Of a stretch of 64,000 bases of DNA, positions 36,823 through 48,100 are shown in pieces. The stretch comes from Ranitomeya imitator. Its lineage: Eukaryota. Under the pieces are notes generated by a model, which searched no databases, had not been told where the DNA came from, and saw only the letters and a list, made by a program, of their open reading frames with translations. The stretch's first letter is position 1. Each line of letters begins with the position of its first letter. The stretch covers positions 38,192,001 to 38,256,000 of the forward strand of contig NC_091283.1 in NCBI RefSeq assembly GCF_032444005.1. Reading direction: 5' to 3'. The translations under genes and the position numbers were made by a program.

Positions 36823-36926
36823 AATATTTTTCTCAAACCGTCTGTATCGTGATAGAGGTCGTCCGCATGACAGTTCTTACCATCATCATCATCCTGCTAA
36901 GTGTAATAATCAAGAAGCTGCCTTAA
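36823..36926 (+). CDS. Gene B transmembrane/terminal exon with intramembrane Arg and very short tail (activating-type)
   Basis: Acceptor ttttaccttttttgattcacag|AA, phase 1 matching the V exon donor; (E)YFSQTVCIVIEVVRMTVLTIIIILLSVIIKKLP*. Confidence 0.8.
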
Positions 36927-37044
36927 ACAGACTGTTGCTGATATGAAGACACCTGCAATATCCAATATCCATCCTAGTTCAGAGCTGCATACTCAGTTCG
37001 GCAAGCTTCAGAGCTGAAATCCTTTATCATTCCTAAGCATTCCA

Positions 37045-37462
37045 CCCATCAAAGTTTCTCTCTTATTATATTGCAGTCATCATATTGTACAGCACTGTGT
37101 GCTTACAATTGCTCATTTTGCCTTCCAACCTAGATAATTATTCTCTTTTCTCAGCTCCATGTAGAAAATAAAAGTCTCTTGTCCCTGCATTTATCATCCT
37201 CCTCCCTAACTCTTGACCCAGCTGCTCCCTCTTCACCCATGTTAGGGACTTTTGCAGTGACTCATGCAGGGAAAATTAACCTCCTGTCTTTAAATAGAGC
37301 TTAGAAGGATTCAGCTTGTGAGTTTTTAATCATGTGATATCATAGACCTAAGGGAAAAGAGAAGAATTAGCTGGGTAGGAAGGCAAAATGAGCAATTGTA
37401 AGCAGACGGTGCTATATAATAAGATGATTGCTATATATTAAGAGGATACAAACTTTGATGGG
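37045..37462. mobile_element. Foldback MITE with ~100-bp imperfect TIRs
   Basis: Ends cccatcaaagttt...aaactttgatggg; inner gcttacaattgctcattttgccttcc pairs with ggaaggcaaaatgagcaattgtaagc. Confidence 0.8.
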
Positions 37463-37514
37463 AGGAGGAGAAGGAAGAGGAGGAAGAGGAGGAGGAAGAG
37501 GAGGAAGAGGAGGA
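37463..37514 (+). repeat. (GAG/GAA)n purine microsatellite
   Basis: aggaggagaaggaagaggaggaagagg... Confidence 0.85.
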
Positions 37515-38159
37515 GTGCTTATATAATGTCTGCATCCTTGTCTGTATTCTGTGAAGTGCAGGCATTATAGGACCTGGATTACTGGGTATGCAAATATAAG
37601 CCTTAGGAATTCTGCCCCTGATTTTTTTTTTTAGAACCCTGTGGGGTCCCGTTTGTGAGACCCCCGTCTATCAGGTGAATGGGAGTCCCCTCCTTTTTGC
37701 CGATGGAAAGTGCACGCCAGTGATTGGTCCTTTCTGTAACTTCCATAGAATATAATGCAAAGCAGATGAGGTTGACAACTTTGTTGAATTGTCAAAAAGT
37801 GGTCGATCTTATGATACATAGGGATCTCATTTCACCACTGAGCTGAAAAGCAGAAATTGACTCCTTGGGGATCTATTTCTGTTGATGCATAGAGGTTTAA
37901 AGGGGGTGTCCATTTTCAGGAACTGTGTAAAGTACCTAAAATAGCAAACTCAGTAGGTGATCACCCTCCCTAGGTCCAGCCCAGCCCCTCATCACTGCTT
38001 TGATACTGGTGTTTTCGCTGCAGCGCTGACATCGTGTCCACAGCGTGTGTCACCGATCTAGAAAGTCTGTGAGCTTAACGGCTCGTGCGCTGAGCTCAGA
38101 GATGTGCACCCTCAACACCTGCTAGAGCGGTGGCGCATGTTGTTGACGTGACGCCAGTG

Positions 38160-38404
38160 ATGTAGCCAAAACCTTAGATTAATGTTTGTGTCCCCAGAGC
38201 TGCATGATGTGCGGCTGCTAGACTACCTGAACACATGCAGGTATTGCCTGTTAGGGAATCCCCATATGTATTCAGGCTGTCTAGCAGCCGCACATCATGC
38301 AGCTGTAGGGACTCAAACATAATATACGAGCATGCCCAAAATACTCGGAGAACACTCAAGCATGCTCGGAAAACTCGAGTAACGAGCACACTTGCTCATC
38401 AGTA
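38160..38404. mobile_element. Degenerate hAT MITE related to the one at 50393-50701
   Basis: Right end ctcgagtaacgagcacacttgctcatcagta resembles ctcgaataacgagtatattcgctcatcacta. Confidence 0.5.
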
Positions 38405-40477
38405 CTAAGGATACCATCCTATTCATGGCACTAGATATACACCTGAATGTTGAATATTCCCTGTCCCCCCCAGGTAGAAGTCCTGTTAACGGAAGAGCAT
38501 ATTTAGAGCCCAGCATGATATAATACAAGCTTCATAGAAATAGAACGAATAGCTTAGTCACTTTGCTTGTTGGCTGCTTTGTTGCTGTGAACGTCCCCAT
38601 TAATCTTAACCTGTGGTTTTGGCTTTTGTGCTGAGTGTAAAACCTCAGACAAGATTCGGCTATCCTTCTCAGGTGAGACGTATGTTCATACTTATGCTTC
38701 TTTGTTATGTGATATCCTGTTGTAGCCACTGCGCTCGCTATAATAAGTGTGTCATGCCGCATACAGTATACGGACACTGGGGAGCAGGTACTTGGCTGAA
38801 CCAGAAGCGTGTGAACTAATTGCCTCCGGATTGAATGTCCATTTAATACACTGATTATTACTTACATTTTTAATAACTCGAGAGCTGCACCATCAACAAC
38901 TACTTCAATCCCGAGGGGCCCAATAGAAAATCTGGAAGGAAACTCCCAACTACCATAATTTACATATAGAACGAACTTCATCTAGGACAGAGGGGTCTTT
39001 GGGGCCTCCATGGGCTCTAGGGCTCCAATGTGACTACGCCTTCTTCAACTCCCGTAATTATATCCCTGTATTCGCCTGAAGAACTAAATTTTTGCAAACC
39101 TATTCAAAGATGAGACATTTAGAACAGTGCCTAATCTTTATAATGTTTTGTGTATACATCTCATATGGAGAACTATGTATCTCCATGGTAACAGACTACA
39201 ACGCTCCCCTGTGTAGTCTGATCCATTAAACTCCCTCTACGCTTCACTTACTAATCTACCAAATGCCATGTGTACTAATTTATTTTTATGTTCTAGATGA
39301 AAATCGAGTTTACAATTCACAAGTAGTTAAAAAATGTTTTTTTTAGGCATGAGTGAGTTATAAATAACAAACAGAGGCTTGGTCACTTTTTGTTAACGCC
39401 ATGGATCAGGGCTGCCACCAGGAACTTCAGGGCCCCACACAGGCAAAATTTTCAGGCCCCCTTGAGACTCCGCCCAGGCTCCACCTCCTCCCCTCGAACC
39501 TTCTGTAGTCCCACCGCCCACTCTTGGAAAAACTCCACTTCTGCACCACACCCTCACCAATCACACATTAATAGTTCCCATCGAATATCATATCACATAC
39601 ATTGCCATCATCCGCTTTTGTTTTGGCCAAAATATTTTTTTAAGCTGCCACCATGACAAGATAGACTTTTTGAGCCAGGCCGCACTCTACTCTAAACCTA
39701 TTAAACATTTCTTATAATATCCAATACTCTTTTTAGGTATATTTTTATTTATTTTTCCTTAAGGGAATGTGTCACATACATTTTTTTAAAATGGCCAATA
39801 CTACCACATACAAGGAACAAATACTGGCACACCATGATCAGACCACATATTACTACCACATAGTGACCAAATACCACATACAAGGAACAAATACCGTCAC
39901 ACCATGACCAGACCACATATTACCACCTCATAGTGACCAAATAATACCACATACAAGTAACAAACACCATCACACTATGGAGAGACCACATATTACTACC
40001 ACACAGTGACTGAATACTACAATACTGAATAGTAATAGAAAAAAATCCACAATACTACTATAACCATAAGTGCCATTATACACAGAAGCTCTGTACATAG
40101 TATACAGTGTATAGTGTCAGTGTACAGGTAATACAGTGATCACCAGTGAAATGATGCACAGGAGCTCTGTATATAGTGTACAGGTAATACAGGGATCACC
40201 ATTGACATTATATATAGGAGCTCTGTAAATTGTGTTACTGTACAGGTAATACAGGGATCATCAGAAACATTATACACAGGTGCTCTGTATATAGTGTCAG
40301 AGTACAGGTAATACAGTGATCACCAGTGACATTACACACAGGAGCTCTGCATATAGTGTCAGTGTACAGGTAATACAGTGATCATCAGTGACATTACACA
40401 CAGGAGCTCTGTATATAGTATATAATGTACAGGTAATACAGGGATCATCAGTGACATTATACACAGGAGCTCTGTAT

Positions 40478-41234
40478 AATACAAGGATAAGGGTATTCAA
40501 TAGCAACATCACTGAAACAGAGTCTATATTAATCTGTTGCTTCTATAGGGGATTAAATTCAAACCAAGCTGTACAACAGCATATAAGTAGAGGTGTGGAA
40601 ACCACATAAAACGACCAAAACTGGAAACTCAATTCTATAAATAATTTTATTGAACATATAAACATATAAAATATTACACATAGAAAAAATCAGGACATGA
40701 ATGGTACAAAATGGGACCATGGTACGAGACACCGCACAGAGGTGTAATTGTGTCAGCGGATGGAGAGACACAGACTCCTAATAATAAAAGATGGCCGTAT
40801 AGAGGAGAGGACACTAGAGTATGGATATCAATCCTAAGGCTATGGGGCAAAAACAATACTAAACCCAAGTCCTAGAGTGTGGGCACTACAATGTGCTAAT
40901 ATTTATAATGTATAACACATAGGGTTTAATGCAATAAGTATCTGTAGCCCAACGACACATACACATCCCTAGGAAAATCAAGTGGGGAAGACAATAAAGG
41001 TGCACCATACACCTAACCTAACTAGTTCCCCCCATAGTAAAGGTAGACAAAATATAATGAGAGTCTAACTGTGGCTCCATGGGCTAGCGGCCGCTCAGCC
41101 CATATATATATTACCTCTCAAGAAAGGGGGGAAGGTACTCCGGTGTCCCTGGGTCCGGTCCGCTGGTCACCCGACGCGCGTTTCGGAGCCCGCAAACTCC
41201 TTCGTCAGGCCCCGCACGCCCCCTGACGAAGGAG
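40478..41234 (-). mobile_element. Penelope-like element pseudo-LTR remnant
   Basis: Non-satellite insert ending in a hammerhead motif plus a short inverted copy; AATAAA on the minus strand near 40646; no ORF. Family assignment rests on the ribozyme signature only. Confidence 0.55.
41168..41209 (-). ncRNA. Minimal type I hammerhead ribozyme motif
   Basis: Minus strand C-CUGACGA-A-GGAG(UUUGCGGG)CUCC-GAAA-CGCGCG-UC-GGG: core boxes, 4-bp stem II, palindromic stem III and a GUC cleavage triplet. Confidence 0.7.
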
Positions 41235-41392
41235 GAATCACCAGCAACATTATACACAGGAGCTCTGTATATAGGGTCAGTGTACAGGTAATACAGTGAT
41301 CACCAGTGACATTATATATACGAGCTCTGTATATAGTGTTGAGGTAATACAGTGATCACCAGTGACATTATACACAGGAGCTCTGTATATAG

Positions 41393-41912
41393 TGTCAAGG
41401 TGAAAATATATGTCTTTATACACTTTTGTACTTTTATATATTCTTATGCTGTGAAACAATAAGTTTTTCCCTTCATACTTGCCAATGCAAATTTAACTGT
41501 ATTTAAGATGGCTGCCAGTATTCACCTTTGCCTTAGTTTTTGTACTTGCCAAGAATCTACTTTCGTTTCTGAAGCTAAAGTATCGTTTCTGGAGAAATGG
41601 AAACTTAAAGTGACGTGGAGGAAGGAGGATCCATCATATGATGTCAGGCCAACCAGAGGGACTGAATACTAGATACATTGCTTAAACCCCGCCTAACCCC
41701 GCCCTCTGCACACCTTCCCCCAATAAGTCATATAATGTTGTGTATTTGGAAATAAACCAGTTGCTGTGAGGTTGCCACTACGTGTGGAAGCATAAGCAGA
41801 CACTGAGTTTGAACCAGCTTTTGTCTGACTCATTCTTCACTCCGGTACCACTGCTTTAAATTTGATTTGGAATGACTGGTGGATGAAGGGTATTGTCGTG
41901 ACGACCCCGACA
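41393..41912 (+). mobile_element. Solo LTR, 520 bp
   Basis: TGTC...GACA termini; 4-bp TSD ATAG at 41389-41392 and 41913-41916; internal AATAAA; the satellite register resumes across it. Confidence 0.85.
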
Positions 41913-43785
41913 ATAGTGTACAGGTAATACAGTGATCACCAGTGATATTATACACAGGAGCTCTGTATATAGTGTCAGTGTACAGGTAATACAGGGATCA
42001 CCAGCAACATTATACACAGGAGCTCTGTATATAGTGTCAGTGTACAGGTAATACAGTGATCACCAGTGACATTATACACAGGAGCTCTGTTTATAGTGTC
42101 ATTGTACAGGTAATACAGGGATCACCAGCAACATTATACACAGGAGCTCTGTATATAGTGTCAGTGTACAGGTAATACAGATATTACCATTGATCAGCTC
42201 ATGTTGTAGCATTATTGCGTAGGGGTCTCAGAAGCTTAAAGTTGAAAGAGGTTAAAGTTGTACATTCTCGGGGTGGCTTCGGTGCTGATGGAGAAGCACC
42301 TGTGAAGAGGGAGCTCCTGGGGTTTTGTCCCAAATAATCTACATTCACCGCATGAAGGAGACCCCCACGCCACAAAGACCCTTTATAACACCAGCTGATG
42401 CACCAGAGACCCCCTCCAACCAAGTTCCGGGGCAACATTTCCACATTTAGGGCTCCAAAGCCCCAAAGCTGCACCAGCACATCTAGGCCTCAGGCCTGCC
42501 GCTGCCCGGCGGATTAATCCGCGCTGTGTAAGGAGGTTTCTGCCTCCTGCACCTAGGAACACATCCCAGAAAAGGCTCATCTAAGGCTCATCTACGCCTT
42601 CCGGGGTCCCCCTGACCGACCCCCCTGCATAGTCAAGCGCAGAGTAAAGCACCAAGCATCTGGGACCCCAGCTTTACCAGAAGAACACAGCCAAAATAGT
42701 ACCAGCCCTCAGGCCTGCAGCGCCGCCGGAGATCCGCCCTCAGCGGCCGCTATCCACGGGCGGCGAGGGCGAAGCTGCAGCAGCACCTACAAGCAAGTAC
42801 CAGCCGACCAGGAAGCCGAGGATTTCCGGCCGTCTGCTCCGTGAGAAGACCCGGCGCTTATCCTCAGACAGCCGGCACCGGAGCGTCGGCGACAGAAGAA
42901 GGAAGAAGACTCCTCCCACCTCAGGCACAGCACCGCCGGGACCCCATCGCCAACGCCTGACAGGCGCTGACAACCAGTGCAGAGCCACAGAGGCTCTGCC
43001 GCGCACCAAGAATTCCCCGCAGCTGCGGGCAGAAGACCCCCCCCGGCCGACACTCCAGGGTAGGAAGTCCCGGAACGCAGCAAACACCGGAGCTCGGGTC
43101 TCGGACGGAGACCCGAAGCTCCGCCCCAACCTCTCAAGACCGCGGCGCCGCTGAGGACATCTTCAGCCACATCGGACTGCGCTGGTGAGCACGGAGCTGC
43201 AGCGGCACGGATCCAGGTAACCGCCCCAGCTCCTGACCCCCCATCGGGCCCTGACACGCTGTGCCGACTCTCCTGAAGGCTTGCCTATCAGCGGTGCTGC
43301 CGATTTACCGGCACCGCTCCATACCCCTAAGCTCTCACTCTCCCCAGTAACCCCGGACCTATCGGGCAATCCTTGGGGCACATTTCCACAGCGCAGCTCC
43401 GGTGGGTCACTGGTTTGATCCCCCTCCACCTCTCCTTCCTACTAATATTTAAGATCCCAAATCAGCTGCCTATGGGAAGTAGTCCCGGCAATATCTCCCA
43501 GGAATTCATACGCAGGGGCCTTTTTGCTGTTTGCTCCTTACAACTGACAACAGAGAACAACAGCTCTAAATTCTAAGCTCTTTACCAAAACTATAAAAAA
43601 TTTTCCTGTCCAGAGACTCTTACAGTATTTTCTCTCCTGACTTCTTATAATAAGGAGCTTTATTTCCTACATTAACAGATAACTAAGGGGAAAAGGTTGA
43701 AACTCAGTGCCACTGCATTCAACTCAAATACATCAGTATAAATTTAGCCAAGGTACCAACGGCTCATACGCCTTTATCTGCCAAT

Positions 43786-44946
43786 ATGAGCGGCACTAAA
43801 CCCAAAGGAAAAACCGCCCTGTCCGCGACACTTAGATCCCAATACAGCCAGAAACAGGAGAAAACCCTAAGTCGCAGAGACCAGGAAAAAACCAGACACA
43901 ATTCCTTCTCCTCTCCCAGGCCCAGATCTAGGTCCCCAAGGAGAGACCTACCTAACTTTCTAGAATACGAATCTTTTAGCAAGTCTCCAACCAGTAAACC
44001 TTCCCCAATAAAAATGGACTCATCGTCTAGCCTAAAAAGATCGAACCCAGGCGCAATAAGTGAGAAATACACATCTACGGAAAATTACTCTGGAGTAGAA
44101 GACGAGATTGACTCTAGTGACACCTCTCCAAATCCAACCCCCATGAAGAGCAAAATTAAATACGCTAACCCAGGCCCCTTCGTAAGCTCTAATCCGCCAG
44201 ACTACGAAGATTTACTTAATAAACTAGCATCAAAAATAGACGAAAGGTTGAATATCGCCGTCAAAACACTAAAGACGGAAATGGATATTAACTTCCAAAA
44301 ATACTGTGACAAATTAGACGATAAAATAGACAACTTAGACAGACAACTATCCAAACATGAGGAAAGGATCAACAGGCTCGAACACAGGTCATCAATGTCA
44401 TTTGACGAACTTGACCGAGTTAACATTGAATTGAAAAACTTACGCTCCAAGATGGCCGACTTGGAGGACAGAAGTAGAAGAAATAACTTAAAAATCAGAG
44501 GTATCCCTGAAGATGTGCCTCAAGATCAGTTATCTCATCATATAAAAGACATATTCAAATCAGCCTTGCCCGATCTATCAGACCTAGACCTAACAATTGA
44601 CAGGGCCCACCGACTGCCAAAACCTCCTAAGGTCCCCGCTGATCTACCTAGAGATACTATTCTCAAAGTTCATTTTTTCAAGACTAAAGAAGCCATTCTC
44701 TCTTACCTGAGGGACAAAAAATCCTTCCCAGACCCCTACAAAAATCTGAAGGTTTTTCCCGATTTTTCCAAAGACACCCTGGAGGGTCGCAGAGAGTTCA
44801 GGCCTGTCACATCAGCCCTCCGCGACAGAGGCATTAAATATAGATGGGGCTTCCCGCTCAAACTTCTAGTCTCCTTCCGGGAAAAAATCATCCCGATCTA
44901 CTCGGTCGAGGAAGGAATGGACTTCGTCAGATCATTGGGCCGTTGA
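43786..44946 (+). CDS. L1 ORF1p (386 aa)
   Basis: Basic/Ser-rich N-terminus, coiled coil, RRNNLKIRGIPE, IDRAHR and YRWGFP motifs. Confidence 0.93.
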   Translation: MSGTKPKGKTALSATLRSQYSQKQEKTLSRRDQEKTRHNSFSSPRPRSRSPRRDLPNFLEYESFSKSPTSKPSPIKMDSSSSLKRSNPGAISEKYTSTENYSGVEDEIDSSDTSPNPTPMKSKIKYANPGPFVSSNPPDYEDLLNKLASKIDERLNIAVKTLKTEMDINFQKYCDKLDDKIDNLDRQLSKHEERINRLEHRSSMSFDELDRVNIELKNLRSKMADLEDRSRRNNLKIRGIPEDVPQDQLSHHIKDIFKSALPDLSDLDLTIDRAHRLPKPPKVPADLPRDTILKVHFFKTKEAILSYLRDKKSFPDPYKNLKVFPDFSKDTLEGRREFRPVTSALRDRGIKYRWGFPLKLLVSFREKIIPIYSVEEGMDFVRSLGR

Positions 44947-45160
44947 TCGTTTATGTTCCATATATGTGGCTAAGCTTTATTATAAGGGGTCTCCTTTTCC
45001 TTTCTCTTCCTCACCATATTTTGGGATAAACCCCTTATTCCCGTCCACGTGTACTAACCCCCTCTCCTTTTCTCCTAGGTAGCTCTGCCGACCTACCAGT
45101 TTTGTTCTAATTTTTCTTCTCCCTAGGTTACATCAGCCCTTTTTGTTCTACGTTGTAAAT

Positions 45161-48100
45161 ATGTCATTCAAGTTACTCTCCTATAATGTTAGAGGGCTGA
45201 ATAGCCCACAAAAAAGACATGCTTTGTGGAGAGAGTTGATCAGCCTTCAGACAGACATTGCATGCCTACAGGAGACAAAATTCCTGGCGGGGAATCACCC
45301 CTACTTTAATCATCGTAGCTTTCCTCATATTTTTGAGGCCTGTAATTCCAGCAAAAAGGCGGGGGTGATTACCCTGATCAGGAATAGTGTACCTTTCGAG
45401 TTCACTGAGGAATATGCTGATCCAAAAGGCAGATACCACATCCTGATATGCAATATTAACGGCCAAGAATGTACTATAATCAACACATACGCCCCAAACA
45501 AAAACCAGATTAGTTTTTTGTCCAAGCTTCTGAAGAAAATTAACAAGGTTAAGAAGGGTAACCTCATCTTCCTAGGTGACTTTAATGCCACCCCTGACAA
45601 AACGCTCGACTCTTCCTCCGGCCTGAGACCAGCCTCAGAGGACCTGAATTGGTGGCTGGATAAAAGTGAGCTCTACGACACCTTTAGATGTCTTAATTCC
45701 ACATCAAGAGAATACACTCACTTTTCTTCGGTCCACCATTCAGCATCCAGGATTGATCTGATATTGTCAGACATTTTCTCTCTCGAAAAATTCAAAAAGG
45801 TGGACATAGGGGACAGGACACTGTCGGATCATTCCCCTGTAACTGGAGAAGTTAGCCTTGGCCCCTCCCTAAAAAACTCTAAAGCATGGAAATGCAGCTC
45901 ATTTATCATCCATGATTCTATCCATGCGACAACGATTCGTAATAATATCTCCCACTACTTCAATGAAAACCCTCCAGAAATCACCAATCCCGCAACCAAT
46001 TGGTGCGCCCATAAAGCTGTTATTAGAGGCACCCTAATAAGCATATCCTCTAAAATAAAAAGGGAAAAAAGAGCAAAAATTAAAAAACTTCAAAAAGACA
46101 TTCGTGACTTGGAAAAATCCTTAATTAGCCTCCCTTCCCCCTCATCTAAACTCCAAACAGACTTAAACTCCCTTAGACAAGACCTAAGATCCCTCCTCTT
46201 CTCACCCTACGAAGCAGCCCTCAATTCCTCCAAATTTAAGGTATATTCCTCCCTGAACAAGCCAACCAAATATATGGCAAATAGAATAAAAAAATTTAGA
46301 ATACACAACAAAATTAACAGAATTTCTTCCCTCTCTGACAATACCACCTTGTCTCATCCCCAAGATATAGTTAATGAATTTTCCAAATATTATTCTAAAC
46401 TATATAACTTAAATCTAGACCCATCATCCCCCCCACCAAAAGATTCGGACATCAAAGCCTATCTCGCCAATATCAACCTCCCTTCCCTTACAAAGGAAGA
46501 AATTGAATCTCTATCAGCTCCTTTCTCCTCCTCAGAAGTTGAAGAGGCCATCAACCACCTTAAATCGCAAAAATCCCCAGGGCCAGATGGCTTCTGTAAT
46601 TCTTATTACAAAGCCTTCGGAACAAACTTAATACCTCACCTGGTAAAACTATTTAACTATGCATCCAATTCGGGTTCCTTCCCTCCAGAAATGTTGGAGG
46701 CCTCAATCGTCCTTATCCCAAAGCAAGCGGCTAACCCTATGGCTACTAGTAGTTATAGGCCTATATCTCTTCTGAACACAGACATCAAATTGTTCTCAAA
46801 AATTTTGGCCAATAGACTTAGCGTCATCCTCCCCAGACTAATAGTCAATGATCAAATGGGGTTTATTAAAAATAGGCAACCAGCTGACGCCACCAGAAGG
46901 ATTCTGAACCAAATTAAACTCACCAATAAATTCAAAACCCCTACAGTTTTTGTTTCCTTAGACGCTGAAAAGGCCTTTGATCGTATAGATTGGAGCTTCC
47001 TCAAACACACACTTCAAAAATTTGGTTTTAATGACAAACTCATCTCCTCATTTATGACATTATATCAAGGCCCTACAGCTAAAGTAACCTGCAATAACCA
47101 TATCTCTGACCCCTTCCATATTAACAACGGCACTAGACAAGGTTGCCCCCTATCCCCTTTACTTTTTAATTTGGCTCTTGAACCCCTGGCAGAACACATT
47201 AGACAAAATTCTTCCATTACAGGCATATTCACCAACAAACGTCACCATAAACTCAGTTTATTTGCAGATGACATAATTTTAACCCTCACCAACCCAGCTG
47301 TCTCCACCCTAGAAACTATCAAAGAACTTGAAAACTTTGCATCTCTTTCCAAATTCAAAATTAACGGTTCAAAATCCAACATCCTACCCATCCACCTCTG
47401 CAAAAAGGAAATCAATTCCTTGAAAAAAGTAATATCATTCAGGTGGTGCATTGAAGAATTCCCATACTTAGGGATCATAATTAACAAAAACCTTGATAAG
47501 ACTGTCTCCTCAAACCTGAGAAAGATAGACGAAATACTTAAAAAAGATTGCACCACTTTTAATGATAAAAGTTTGTCCTGGTGGGGGAGAAACCTAACAG
47601 TTAAGATGTTCACCCTTCCAAAAATTTTATATATTCTTAGATGTATTCCCCTTCCCATCTCCGCATCTCTCCTGCGGAAGATCCAAACAAGGCTAAATAA
47701 ATTCATTTGGAATGATAAAAAGCCCAGAACAAATACCAGATCCCTTTACAAAACAAAAATCCACGGAGGAATAGATCTCCCAAATATTACGGCCCACTAT
47801 AATACGCTCCTACTAAAACAAAGCTCACCCTGGTGGTCAGACCAGAATGAGCCTGCATGGCTCGACTTGGAGGAAGAGATCAACGGAAGAAAACCCCTTA
47901 AATCCATCATTCTCAAAGCTATTTCCAGTTCCCCCAACAAAATTCATAACCACCCAATTTTTCAGGCGATTTCCCTCACATGGTCTTCTACTTTAAAAAA
48001 GAGGGATAGTGATCAAAACAGTTCCGTTCTTCTCAAATTATCCTTATCATTTATCTACTCAATTCTGAATCTTATCCTACCCCCTGTATGGGCTGATTTA

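Larger units (their letters stand above)
40080..42180. repeat. 62-bp satellite interrupted by a Penelope-like fragment and a solo LTR
   Basis: Unit tacaggtaatacagtgatcaccagtgacattatacacaggagctctgtatatagtgtcagtg. Confidence 0.9.

Noticed and set aside
38778-38792. J-segment-like WGAGT motif, with a strong donor CAG|gtgaga near 38671
   Set aside because: No proper recombination signal, the following residues do not fit a G strand, and the upstream hydrophobic stretch needs a frameshift and has no usable acceptor.
42740-43429. GC-rich ORFs in the L1 5' UTR as an ORF0-like gene
   Set aside because: Expected from high GC content; several depend on non-ATG starts and no conservation evidence is available.
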